A stretch of DNA of 63,820 nucleotides, counting the filler, from Hyphochytrium catenoides (Eukaryota > Protista > Hyphochytriomycota), in the NCBI GenBank assembly GCA_900088475.1. It is 17 parts of 17 records of this genome, joined end to end, with 100 filler letters (N's around TTAATTAATTAA, not from the genome) between each part and the next. Parts side by side here need not be neighbours in the genome. Positions count along the whole stretch, not along the records: positions 1 to 6,114 come from FLMG01002582.1; positions 6,215 to 8,532 come from FLMG01003368.1; positions 8,633 to 10,182 come from FLMG01001211.1; positions 10,283 to 12,049 come from FLMG01000441.1; 13 more parts are not named here. One strand, 5' to 3'. Shown here piece after piece: positions 1-12,149 of this stretch. Within the stretch, counting starts at the first letter, position 1. Each line of letters opens with the position of its first letter. Below the pieces are notes generated by a model. The model searched no databases. It was not told the origin of the DNA and saw only the letters and a list, made by a program, of their open reading frames with translations. The position numbers and the translations under genes are program-made.

Positions 1-1612
1 CAGAAGCATAACGGGGGATTTGGTCGTCATCGAGCTTACCGATAACATTAGCCGAAGCTTCAGATTCCGTTTCCTTTATCTCAAGCCTCAAGAGCGCCTC
101 TTGAGAAACCTGCCAACCAGCTTCCAGCTTCTCTAACCGCTTACTTAGAGATAACAATTGCTCGTCAAGGGAGTTGCACGCTTTATCAGCAGCTCGCTGT
201 CTCTCCTGAACACCACGCAATCGCTCGACCACGTAATCCAGGTCTACTCGGAGCAACTGGCCATCCTTGGATTCAGGCGACAAAGATATGAGGGCTCTCG
301 AAATCTCAGCTTTTTCTCTAAGGAGTTTCCCTTCCTCTTCCTGAAGGGCTTTTTTCTCTTCCTGAAGTCTTTGCCTCTCTGCCTGCAAACTTGCCTCTCG
401 TGCCGCAAGACGGGTCTCCAACCTTTGTATGGTTGCGATCTGGCTGAGATTACTGTCAAGCTTCTTTGAATCAGCACTTGGGGCTCCCTCATGTATAGTC
501 GAAGTGTCTGTAGCTAACGTTGACGGCGCTTTTCTTTGCATTGCTTCTTCGCCTTTTCTGTCCATGCTGTTCAATTTTCACAAGATCTTTTCCTTGATCT
601 TCTTCATGGCAACGCCGGATAGTTCTCTGCTGTATGGAGAATGATCTCTTGATGAATGGTTGTCAACATGCAGACTTCCGCAGCGGGGAGGAATGCCAGT
701 GTCGTCTATTTTGTCGTCGGATCGCTGCAGCAGTTTCGAGTACTCCTACGAGTAGCTCCCGGAGAAGAATGGGCCAGGTTGAGAGGAGAGAAGGGAAGAA
801 GATGGAGGGTACAAGTAGAACTTCTAGAAGCTCTGTACCCACCCAGTTTTGTCCTTGGCTGCCAGGAGAAGGATCTCAACTGCTCAACTCCGCAATGCGT
901 TCTGGTATCTCTGTGTGTGGCTTGTAGCTTGAGAGTACAAGGCTGGAGTACGTCATCATCGAACTCTCATCTTCGTATAGGGAGCTGGAAGATAGAACTG
1001 TATGAGCAATTTGGTGTAAGGCCTTTTTTTAAAAATGTTTTCCCTCTATGAAGAATATGTACGGCCAGGCAAAGTTGCTGACCGTTAGAGGTCCTATTTG
1101 CCGAGAAGCAGCCGATCGCTACAACTCTGGATTGACAGCAGAGACTCTCCTGAATTGATAATAACAGTAGATTGAGATTTCTGACGATTAAAGACCTTGA
1201 ACTCCGAATCTAGCGGGGCTTGCACGAAGGGAACTTAAGTGTCAGCTGAGAACTGAGAAGAAATTCTCGTTTATTGCTTGGCAATGAGGCGATCGTCTCA
1301 TCATCGATGACCAGCCTTCTCATCTTCTTCAAAGCACCCTTCCAAAGAGCTTACTTCTTGTCACGATTATTTGGTGAAGAGGAAAAGCTCTGCACGTACC
1401 TGGCAGTTTTGCCCTTTCCTGAATGGCAGGGAGCTGCATCCTGCGGCATCCGGCATCGTCCTCGCTCATCGTCACATGAGTCTGTTCCATTATTTTCTAA
1501 CGTTTTGCTGCTGGATGCCATCTGGCTCAGGCGCTTTCCTGATTGTCCCTATCTCTATGATACCTTAGAGATTCTGACTGAAGATCTTCATCAGTAAGAT
1601 CAAGCTCCATCT
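1..1612 (-). pseudogene. Multi-exon gene for a coiled-coil protein, apparently disrupted by in-frame stops; runs off the window start
   Basis: Minus-strand frame is open from ATG 565 to position 2 (MDRKGEE...RLETRLAAREASLQAERQRLQEEKKALQEEEGKLLREKAEI, coiled-coil-like). Upstream candidate GT-AG exons (~745-566, ~998-843, ~1339-1083) join in phase but contain TGA 578-580, TGA 876-878 and TAG 1210-1212. Family not recognised. Confidence 0.4.
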
Positions 1613-3322
1613 GAAAGTAAGTGTGCCCCCATTCACTTCCTATAGTGGTGGGTGCGGTTGTCTCCAGGGACTGCTGGCGATGATGACATTATTAGTAGGT
1701 AACTAAAAACGGAAGATTTCGAAACAAATGAGCTTTCTGCAGTCAACGTTGATATCTCTGTCACTAGGAATACTGTACTTCAGGCGTCAGACAACAAAAA
1801 GAAAACTGAACAGCAGACCGGCGCGAAGAGTTTGAAGTGATGAACTTCTTGCCGATGGGTAGCAGCTAAACCATTCATTCATCAGCAGAACGAGGTTCAA
1901 GATAGATGTCAATCGGAGTCGATAATACTGTTAAGGCAAGCGTAAAGGTTAACAAGAACCACTATGGAGACGGTGGGTTCGGCTATTATAATTAGCCTAT
2001 TGCTCAACTTGACGACTATAGTAGTCTGATTCTTGCAGAAAAAGGGTGGTCTGACGCAATAATGGAATGGACGCTGGCATTATTAAAGGCATTTCTGGAG
2101 GATGCTGAGCTCATAATATAATGTGGGACGCACCTTCTCCTGATTATCATCCTATCGCAATCTGGTCCGCCTCTGCCTACTCTTCTCAAGTCCAATGGGC
2201 AGGCATATGGTGGCTATCATAGTTGTTCCGAGTTTCCCGAGAGGCGACACACTCTCGACTCCTAATCCTGCTTGCCTCGTCCTGCTTGGAACCACCAAGC
2301 CGGTCACCTGACCTCGGGCCTTTGCAGTGGTATAGCCCACAAAGTGACACAGCTTGCGCTGGTCCTAGTAGTAGAGATATTGATGAGCTCTGCTACCTAG
2401 CAAGCTGCCTTGTTGGTTGGAGCGGTAACGGACGCCGCTGCTGCTCTGCTGTGAGAGCAGCAGTTGAGAAACTCATCTGTTTTGTGCTATGCGGCGATTC
2501 TTTAGGAGGATGCAGCCCCGTTACACAACAATGAACTTCTCCTATAAGGATTATCTATAGGTTTGATGCTTTGGTCACCTGTCATTGCTTACCTTTTATT
2601 CTAAGGGCGCATATATAGGTATCTGACCCAAACTGTTATGCTACTATTCAATGCCGCAGCGGAATATCCTTGGGTACCGCCATCAGAATCAGGAAGAGCA
2701 AAATTTTTTCTATTATTTAGAAAGCGTAAGGCAGGCTCAGAAGGGCAGGGGGACCAAAAAGCAGAGCCACCGAATAACGGCACGGCGCTACCATCATCAT
2801 CACCGTCAGTCTCTCCTCCTCGCTCTGTCTCGTTCCCCCCTTTCCTGACTACTCTGCTTTCCTTCCATCTCTGGCACGCTCGCTCTCGTTTGGCTCTCGA
2901 TTGTCCCCTCGTCTCTCATCGCACCATCGTATAGTGTGAGCGCATCTCTCTGTGTAGAGGAGTATTACCATTGCCCTCCTCCGCCTTAGCTCACCTCCTC
3001 CCTCTGTCTGTCTTACCTCTTTTCCATCGTCTTGTCGGTTCTGCATCACCCTACAGAGCTCCCTTTCGTCAACTTATCTGTCAGCGTTGTCTAGCCCTTA
3101 TCAGGAGAGGGAAGTTAAGATGACTACCGTCACTGTCTGATTCTCCAACCGCCCGCGCTGAGTTGCCCGCACAAGGCAGAGAGGTCTGCTGGTCTGCTGG
3201 AGGACTCAGACGCCATTAGCAAGGGGGAAGAGGAGAGAACTGAGATGAGATTTTTGGGTCTTTAGTCTGTTTTTCTAAGGCAGTCCTCCTCCAGTCCTAT
3301 ATCTTGGAAGGCTTCTAAAAAA

Positions 3323-6114
3323 ATGCTGCTCAAGCTTTGCATGCTGCTCATTGGCAAGTAGAGTGTTATGTTCGACAATCAATCTTTTTAACGTCATTTA
3401 ATGCTTACACTCCGCCGTTTGCCTTCAGGTTGCACCCAGCTGCTGCTGCTGGTGGCCGGGAATGTCCTGAAAGAGGATGTCAATGAGCGAAGCAGCCGCT
3501 TTGAGTTTGCTTTGATGCTGGACGCAGGCAGCACTGGCACAAGATCGTAAGCTAGCAGGAAGCACAGATTCTCCTCTTTTCTCATATTTTATCGGTTGCT
3601 TGGCCCATTGTATTATTCTGCGAACGATCGCCATCTCTCTACTTTCCTCTGCTATTTGGTGCTTGCTCGTCCCTCTCACTGGTTGACGACTTCGTGTCCC
3701 AAAGGGCTGCTCTTTCCTTGCTCTTATTCTCTCTCTGGGTCGCGTTCGTATTTCTCTCCTTGCCTCTGTGTCTCTCCCTTTCTCTTTGTAACCCAGGTCG
3801 TAAATTTCTCTCTTTCTGAAGTATTCTCACTCTTTAGCATCTCTTCTCCTAACCTAGACACTCTTTCCTCGATATAGACACATCTATAAGATGACCGCGG
3901 ACAGAAGCAAGGTTGAGAAGATCAACGGAAAGAAGATAACACCCGGCCTCAGCTCGTTCAGGAATAATCCTTTAGAAGCCTTCTCCTACCTGCGCAACCT
4001 CTTAGACCACGCGAAGGCGAACATTCCTCCTGCGTCTTGGGACAAAACGGAGGTGTATATCTATGCTACGGCAGGTAGGAATCAACCTATATTTGTGCCA
4101 CAGGATGCAGTATGTCCCCGTCGTCTCGCTACTGCTGGGGAATTCCCCCTTGCCAAGAGTATCTAGGTAGTCCGCTGGCATGTGATCTCTTCTACCTGGG
4201 AAACGCCATATTTCGTCTGAAGTCTTTATAATAGAGCATCTCCTAACCCTTCTTCTTCTTCCGTTGTTGTCCTCTCCTGCGGTGCACCAGGCATGAGATT
4301 CCTTACAGATGAGGAACAGGATGCTATATATAACGCCATCTACAGCTCTTGGGATCATGCACACTATCCATTCCAGATAGAGAGAGACCATTTCCGCACC
4401 ATCTCAGGAGATGAAGAGGGATTTTTTGCAATGCTTTCCGTGAACTACCTGACCAAGAGACTTTCGCCAAGCATCACAGAACGACTAGAGCCAAGAGGAG
4501 AACTTTATGGGGCGCTAGACTTGGGAGGGTCCAGCACACAAATTCTCTTTGAAGTCAATGAGCCCGCAAGCAGATTGAGGAGGAGAGAAGAAAAGCCAAT
4601 TTCTCTCTCCGACTTTTATGTACATAGTTTCTTAGGTTACGGTGCGGAGAAGATGAGAGAGAAGCTGATCAAGCTTGTTCTCAATAACTCCGAAGGAAGG
4701 AGCAACTCCTCGGCCCCTATAAGCCATCCTTGCTACTTCAAGGTAAGCGAGCGTCACCAGTCGGTTGCCGAATAAAAATAAGGAGGACCGGGAGACGGGG
4801 TGTGAAAGAAATAGAGGAAGACAGAGAAGAGACGGACGCACAGACGAAGAGGAAGTAAGACGGATACTAGGAGGAGAGAAGAGGCAATAAAGGAAGAGAG
4901 GTACAGTGAACAGAAGTGGGAAGTCACCCATAAGTACAGGAGAGGAATGCCTGCGCGAAAGGGCGTCACTTCCCATGCGCTGGCACTGATGCCCAAATGG
5001 TCTATTCATTGTCTCGAAACCTTGCTGTTTAGGGCTATGAGATTGAGTCTGGCACCTCCAAGCTCGTCGGATCAGGAAATGCAAATCAATGCATTGAGCT
5101 AATCAGGCAGGTCCTTCACGCGGCTAGAGAGTGTCAAATATCTCCTTGCTCCTTCGATGGCGTACACCAGCCGCAGATTAGAGGGAGCTTCTACGCCATG
5201 AGCATGTACTATTATGCTGTCGGTACGTCCTCCTTATTTATTCGATGGACCAAGTCTGTGTCTATATACTGGGGAAGAGATCGATTCGTCGTGAATCCTA
5301 TGATACTCGTAACTTGACGTCTTTTGTTCGCTAACTACCATTTTAGCGTGATATCTATCCTTGATGGTGCACAACTGGAGATCTCAGCTGTAAAATTGTT
5401 CATGTCTTCTCACCATTCCGTGATTCTCCTTTCTGTTTTTTGCCATCCTCTACCGATATGTCTCTGCAGACTTTGCCCGCGCCATTACCGAAGAAGCAAC
5501 CAGACTGGGAATTATGAATGATACATATGGCATTACCTCCTCTTGGCCGACCCCTTCGCCCTTAGAAATTCTAACAGTAAGTAGTCCAGCAAGAACATGG
5601 GACAGCCTGCCGCATCTGTTCATTCTACGCGCCGTTCATCCTACGCGCCTCCCCAATTAGACTGCGCCTTCATTCACGCTGTTCCTCCATCCATTTACCT
5701 TATCTTCTAAGCCCTGTCTCCTCTTCTTGGCTCTAGGCCGCAAAGCCGATCTGTAGCATGGACTGGAACCTGATCGGAGTCAAGTTTGCGACCCTACACT
5801 CCCAGACATTTTCTGACCAGTTGCCTCACCGCTGCTTAGAAGTCAATTACATCGCCATCCTCCTCAGTGAGGGCTATGGACTGAGTCTCAGGGGACACGA
5901 AATTGTCTATGCATCGGAAGTAGACGGTAAGAACTAGGACATAAGAGCGCAAGCAGGTTCCACAGTTGACGCCATCGGCTTTTAAAACCCAGCGTTGTCT
6001 CGTGAGACTGTGAACGTCCTTTTTCTCTCATTTCTTTCTTTCGCTTCTTCCCGGCTCCATACCATCCGATGTAGGCGTGGAAGTCGAATGGACTCTCGGA
6101 GCATTCCTGAAGGC
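3323..6114 (+). CDS. GDA1/CD39-family nucleoside di/triphosphatase (apyrase), 8 exons seen, 3' end lost in gap
   Basis: Spliced translation gives a hydrophobic N-terminus (MLLKLCMLLIGCTQLLLLVAG) and all five apyrase conserved regions: DAGSTG, ATAGMR, SGDEEG, DLGGSSTQ, EWTLGA. Exons ~3323-3353, 3429-3546, 3878-4074, 4291-4742, 5033-5222, 5470-5576, 5737-5926, 6075-gap. Confidence 0.93.
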
Positions 6115-6214
6115 NNNNNNNNNNNNNNNNNNNNNNNNNNNNNNNNNNNNNNNNNNNNTTAATTAATTAANNNNNNNNNNNNNNNNNNNNNNNNNNNNNN
6201 NNNNNNNNNNNNNN
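6115..6214. other. Artificial contig-joining spacer N-TTAATTAATTAA-N (first of 16)
   Basis: Same ~100-bp spacer with stops in all six frames starts at about 6115, 8533, 10183, 12050, 15450, 16622, 23589, 28313, 29848, 32712, 35631, 42785, 44296, 57043, 60890 and 62718; genes are cut abruptly at these points. Confidence 0.98.
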
Positions 6215-6239
6215 AGTGGTACTCCGTATGATGAGGAGA

Positions 6240-6855
6240 GTCTTACTTTTTGCTAGTTGGTGCCCTTGTGTCTTGATTGAGAGAAAGCATTTATTACTGA
6301 GTGAGTTATGATGATAGCTCTTTACAACTGCCAGCAGCAGTGGCGAAGTGCTCAGCGGTGAGCGTAGTCGTCTGATGACTATTTGCAGCTCTATTTGCTA
6401 AGCTGGTGCCCTCCTTGTGTCTCGATGGTGAGAGAAAGCATTATTACTTAGTGAGTTATGGTGATGATAGCTCATCAACAACCAAACTGTCAGCGAAGTA
6501 GTGCTCGATCACTAGGAGGAGGAGAGTTCTCGAGTTCATCAGCTGCTCATGTCTTGACGGGGAGAGAAAGCATTACTCAGTTATGATGATAGCTTATCTG
6601 AACTGTCAGCAGCGAAGTGCGCAGTGAGAGTAGTTCTGACTATCTGCTAACGTGGTGGTGCGTGCCCTTGCGTCTTGTTGGTGGGAGGAAGAAGCAGTAC
6701 TGAGTGTGTGACTTATGATGATAGCTCAAGCAACACTGTCAGCGGAAGTGCTCAGTATGAGTCTTCGCTGCTAATTAGGTGCATCGTGGCGGGCTTGTGG
6801 GTGATGAGACAAAGCACTACTGATTGAATGATAATGAATGAGTTATGATGATGAC
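6240..6855. repeat. Degenerate tandem repeat, ~5 units of ~120-150 bp
   Basis: Core 'tgtcttga..gagagaaagcatta(tta)ctgagt..gagttatgatgatagctc' recurs at about 6270, 6420, 6550, 6675 and 6800. Confidence 0.75.
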
Positions 6856-8263
6856 GATGATACTTCTTCTCGGAGATCCTCCCGCTGAACAGAAGGGAGA
6901 AAGCAGGTACAAAGTATGGAGATAGAGGGGCCGCCAGTCAAGCAATAAAGAAAAAATGAATGATGGAGAAGCAGAAAGTCCATTGTGATGTTAGAAAGAT
7001 GATCGAGACAACAGATGATGCTCCACAGTTAACGATGATGACTCTTGAGGAGAGGAGGAGGAGGAGGAGTGCTTCTCGACCTCAGCAGAAAGGCCAGCAG
7101 TGACCTTAAAGTGCAGAGCAAGCCTTAATGCCAACATCCTTCTTCCTCAGGTCACCGGAGACGCAAGCGCCGTCAGCTTGTCAATGATGGTGATCTAGCC
7201 TCCTTACTTTCAACTATTCTCTAGCAGACAAGAGCCGTTGATCGGAGAGGCGATACAGGGCTCGTCTCTCTACCTTGGCTCATCTGATGACAATCTTTAG
7301 CGGCGGCTGGACTGCTCGACAGGCAGCGGCAAGCGGAAGCAGAGAGAGTGGAGGCGTATAGGGAGACTGCAGCTGATCGAGGAGAAGAAGACAACGCCCT
7401 ATCCTGAGGACGGTTTGGAGCTGTAGAAGAGAAGAAGACTTTATGAGAAGAGAGAATGAAGAGCGAAGGCAGTGGAGAAAGAAGAAAGAGACACAGAGAC
7501 TAGGTAGGAGAGGGAAGGGCAGAGACAGAGAGATGAGAGAGAGGCACACAGAGAGAGAGAGAGACAGGGACAGAAAGACAGAGACAGAGAGATAGAGAGA
7601 CAGAGAGAGACAGACAGAGAGAGAGACTGAGAGAGTGAGACAGAGAGAGAGGCAGAGAGAGAGAGGGAAAGAGAGAAGAGTCATCATTCAAGTTCACCGA
7701 AGGTGTTGTTATCCCAATGTAGATTTGGAAAGCATTATTTTATTTGCGGGGATCTACCGAAATCTGGGCAAAGTCTCTTTCTCACAGAAGTTATACAAGA
7801 ATGAAAACCATTTGCTGTCCTTTTCTCGGACCTTTTGAAGTATTATTCGGCAACAGTCCTCTTAGTTTATACCCTCCTGCCTACTCACTCCCAAAGCTTC
7901 ACTGAAAGCAAAAGTCAAAAAGCTTTTCTCTCTTGGAGGCCGCAGATCTCAATAACATCGCCTTCAAGCCACGCACGGCCGTCCTCTTACGTTATAGTCG
8001 TAGCTCTGCCCATACGCCGGACGTGACGGCCTGCTCAGCGGCAGCAGGGCCAGGAGTCCGAGTGATCCAGAGATTAGCAGCCATTGAGCCTCTTGGCTGA
8101 GAGACTGTCTGCCATCATTCTACTGGCAAAGCATAAGGAGGCCTCAAGAGCAATCTCTTTAGCTCTGTCGTCCGGCTGCCCTGTCGCGACAGCCTTGTAC
8201 GGAGAGACAGCGTGTGTCATTTAGAGACAGAGCCGTCATACTTTGGCATAGGAACGTTGCAAG

Positions 8264-8532
8264 ATGTCTGTCTTTGTGATTGTTGGGAAGAACGAGCCGT
8301 TGTACGAGGTGGACCTGAAGCCTCAGCCGGAAGACCAGGCACATCTCAACCAATTCGTCCTACACTCAGCTCTGGACATGGTAACACTGCGTCATAACTC
8401 CCTCCTTCTTCTGCTCCACATCTGTGAGGTATCCATTCACTGACCCGCGTCTCAGGTGGAAGAGCAGATGTGGCTGACGCCGTTGATGTACCTGAAGCAA
8501 GTGGATAAGTTCAATGAGCAGTTTATCTCAGC
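8264..8532 (+). CDS. TRAPPC2: TRAPP complex subunit 2 (sedlin/Trs20), 5' part
   Basis: MSVFVIVGKNEPLYEVDL...HLNQFVLHSALDM|VEEQMWLTPLMYLKQVDKFNEQFISA; GT-AG intron 8381-8455; truncated by spacer. Confidence 0.92.
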
Positions 8533-8632
8533 NNNNNNNNNNNNNNNNNNNNNNNNNNNNNNNNNNNNNNNNNNNNTTAATTAATTAANNNNNNNNNNNN
8601 NNNNNNNNNNNNNNNNNNNNNNNNNNNNNNNN

Positions 8633-8663
<31 letters not shown>

Positions 8664-8797
8664 GAGAAAGCTCAAGAACGAAAGGTATATAAATGAACAG
8701 AACTAGAAATGAGGAATGAAGACAGTTTAGGGGAAGAGAGTGGGGGAGCGAGAGAGAGAGGACCGAAAGGAGAGAGAGACAGGAGCGAGAGAGAGAC

Positions 8798-9230
8798 CTT
8801 ATCGAAAGTGTATTTTTTGGAGATCCGCTTGTGGTTGATCACCACGTCGTTCCTCTGAGGATTGCAGCTCACCACGCAGGGGGTGCTCTCTCTCTTCTCA
8901 TCATCGTTAAGAGGTCTAAACAACAGAGCAGAGGGAGAGAGAGAGAGAGAGAGAGGGAGGGAGAGAGAGCGAGAGAGAGAAAAAAAAAGTGCAACAGCGT
9001 GAGCAAAGTAAAGAGAGAGAGATCGGGAAGACGTCCTCTTCTATTAGTCAAAAGAGGGACTCGAAGGAGAGAGAAAAGGGAAAGAGAGAAGAACGTTATC
9101 TAGCCGGCAAATAGAGAGAGACAGAGAGCGAGAGAGAGAGAGTAAGAAGCGAGACACACCTGCAACGCACAGCTACCCTGACACGGGAAGCGTCTCTCTC
9201 TCCTCCTCCTGCTGCAATCATGGTCGCCAT
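8798..9230 (-). CDS. Kinesin motor N-terminus, most like kinesin-5 (BimC/Eg5), first two exons
   Basis: MATMIAAGGGERDASRVRVAVRCR|PLNDDEKRESTPCVVSCNPQRNDVVINHKRISKKYTFDK; exons 9230-9160 and 8915-8798. Confidence 0.82.
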
Positions 9231-9719
9231 TCTCTTAGCTTGGCCTCTTTTCTTTCCTTCTTTCTCTCCGTTGGCGTGTCTTCTCCCTGTCTGAAGACTA
9301 TAAGATCTGAAGATTGGAGACTGACTTTGTGCAGGACTTCGCTTTCACTCTCTCTCCCGCGCAACAAGTCTCTCTCTTTCTTTGTTATTCTGCTCTATCC
9401 ACAGGCTACCACTTTCTCTCCCTCTCTCTTCTCTCTCTCTCTCTCNNNNNNNNNNNNNNNNNNNNNNNNNNNNNNNNTCTCTCTCTCTCTCTCTCTCTCT
9501 TCTTTTCTCTCTGGAACAGTGAGCACTAGCGCATAGCTATGATGCGATGACTTTCGAAGAGTCAGAGGAAAGAGGCACAATTGAGAGACAAGATCAACCC
9601 TTTTGCAGAGTTCCCGACAGACAGACGCCAGCACGAAAGATGAAGCGGGAAGGCAGAGGCTCTGCTCCGATGGAGTGAGAGAGACGATCAGGACGAGAGA
9701 AAGGCTAACGAGAGGAGGA

Positions 9720-9777
<58 letters not shown>

Positions 9778-10282
9778 GGCGGAAATCTCAAAACTCCTTC
9801 CTCTCCCTTCACATCACAAAAATTCAAAACTTGAACGCCAACGGTAACCAAAACTGTAAAAATCTAACCAAATAAGGAATCAACATTGCAGTAATCACTT
9901 AGGTAGATAAATTTCCAAAGGAAACTGAAAAGCTACAGATATCTTTCAAGCGTTTTAGACTCGGTAGTCCAAATATTTCCTGAAGCTTGGATAATTGCAA
10001 GGAACTATCATTCAATCGGAACCTTAACCGCGCCTAAGGCTCAGAGCTAAGGATCCTTCTCCACGTACCCAATCATACTCCACAAATGAGAGAATAATAT
10101 TGTGTACCGAGTCGGGGTGAGAGATAGAAGAGGGCTCTAGCAACAGATAAAAAAACAGGCGAGAGAGAGAGAGAGAGAGAGANNNNNNNNNNNNNNNNNN
10201 NNNNNNNNNNNNNNNNNNNNNNNNNNTTAATTAATTAANNNNNNNNNNNNNNNNNNNNNNNNNNNNNNNNNNNNNNNNNNNN

Positions 10283-10321
10283 CCCTAACCCTAACCCTAA
10301 CCCTAACCCTAACCCTAACCC
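10283..10321 (+). repeat. Telomeric repeat (CCCTAA)6 at a contig start
   Basis: Six perfect CCCTAA units directly after the spacer, oriented as expected for a left chromosome end; could also be an interstitial tract that broke the assembly. Confidence 0.8.
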
Positions 10322-10735
10322 ATAAACAACTGCCATAAGTCGCTGCCATAACCCGTTGCCATAAATTCTAGCCATAAACTGCTGATATAAATTGCTGCCA
10401 TAAGCCCTTCCCATAAACCAGTGCCATAACCTCCTGGCCAAGCCCGTTGCCATAAATGGCTGCTCTAAACCGCTGCCATAATCCACTGCCATAAAGCGCT
10501 GCCATAAGCCGTTCCCATAAACCGCTGTCAAAACCCGCTGTCAAAACCCGCTGCCATAAGTCGCTGCCGTAATCCGCTACCATTAAACTGCTGCCATGAA
10601 CCGCTGCCATGAACCGCTGCCATGAACCGCTGCCATGAACCGCTGCCTTATTCGTCCGCCACATAAACCACTCCATCGTCTTAAACCGCTGCCTTAAACC
10701 ACTGCTATGAAGCGCTGCCACCAACCGCTGCCGTT
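10320..10735. repeat. Telomere-adjacent minisatellite, unit ~AACCGCTGCCAT(A/G), ~13-14 bp
   Basis: Many degenerate copies such as 'ccgctgccataa' and 'aaccgctgccatg'; source of the spurious MAAVHGSG-type ORFs. Confidence 0.88.
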
Positions 10736-10799
10736 TTCCTCATCGCTACTTCCTTCCGAACGAGCTACTCTTTCCATATCCCATTGCGGTAACCCTAAC

Positions 10800-11515
10800 C
10801 CCCAACCCTCTCCCTTGCTCTTCGCCACTATCTTTGTTTCTCCAATTAGAAACTGCTCTTCTATTAATTTTCCTCAGCTTTGAAGTGCTCATTTTGTCAT
10901 TTCCATACGCTCGAATCCTTTGCTCCTAACTAACTATAACCTAAATCCTTCTCACCCTTTCTCCGATACCTCATCTTGTTATCCTTCACGCCACTTCCCG
11001 CGCCTGTTTCACTCTGCACGTTCGTTCTCGCGAACTCCGTCTGGTGCACCATCCTTTCTGGTGCCCTTTCTTCTATCCCTTGATGTTCGTCTTGATCTCT
11101 CTTTCTTGCAGTTAGTATCTGCTCTGCAACACTCTTTCCTAACCTCTAATTTGTTCCTTTGGTCAATTCCCGTCCGCTTGACTTATTTCTCCTGTCGTCA
11201 TGCTTATCAAACATACTCCTCCATTTCACCAATCTGCCCCTGACTCCTATGTCCCCGGTTCTGCTCTTTTGTACGCTTTCCTCCAACTTCTCCTCTATAC
11301 AAACCCCTGTTGTTCTTCTTGTTCTCTTCTTCCTCTGCTCTTGTTTGTCTATATCTGTTTTTGACGCTGTTGGCAACTGCTCTTCCAAACCCTTTCCTCT
11401 TGTTCTCATTGAGACAGCCCCGGGCTTTATCAAGACGGTGCCCCGGATCGAATTTGCAGACTGATGTCTGAAGCCGCAATAAGCTCCAGATATCGGCCGA
11501 CAGATACCAATAACA
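10800..11515 (-). mobile_element. Heavily decayed Ty1/copia-like remnant
   Basis: Minus-strand translation with stops 'GIGEG*EGFRL*' resembles the copia integrase C-terminal GY..KGYRLY motif; purine-rich like the remnant at 24750-25550; PBS-like 'ttggtatc' near 11503-11510. Confidence 0.35.
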
Positions 11516-12149
11516 AATCAGCTGAGCTGGTAGCACAACAGTCAACAAAGCCTCCTGGCAGCCTCAGAAACAGGACGTCTAGCAAGCCGTCTTCTAGTAG
11601 GAAGTAGTGTGATTAGCGTTACAAAGATAGAGCTTACTGCTTACCAAATCTCACTGCCTACTGGTTCGTAAATCCCTACTGCTCCTACTCATCTCTCCTA
11701 GCTCTCGCTCTCTCATCTCCTCGTCTTTTGCTGCTCTTATCTATAAACCTAACCCAACCCTACGACAAAAATGCAGAGTTTATCTCTCGTTCTCTCTAGC
11801 ATCAACTGCCCTCCTCAGTATCTATCAATTGAAATGCTCTTTTTATTTTAAGCAACTACTCTCCCATACTCTTTTCTAACCTGCAAACGTCCACTCATCT
11901 TCACGCTCCTAACTCTTCTACCCCAACTTCAACCATTGGGGTGACTTATTTACACGGTTTTATATGTTACTTTAGAGAGAGGACAAAGTTGAGACTTATG
12001 AGCTGTGTAGCACAGAGTTTGGTCTCGCTAGTCACTGATGTGGAGATTCNNNNNNNNNNNNNNNNNNNNNNNNNNNNNNNNNNNNNNNNNNNNTTAATTA
12101 ATTAANNNNNNNNNNNNNNNNNNNNNNNNNNNNNNNNNNNNNNNNNNNN

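Noticed and set aside
560-1340. Stop-codon reassignment or selenocysteine read-through
   Set aside because: Conserved genes here end normally at TGA (SDR, TRP), TAG (LSM2, HECT) and TAA (MOB1, PRP18), and none has internal stops.
10235-10724. MAAVHGSG/GLWQ repeat proteins
   Set aside because: Frames through the ~13-bp minisatellite and telomeric repeat; the unit length does not preserve frame.
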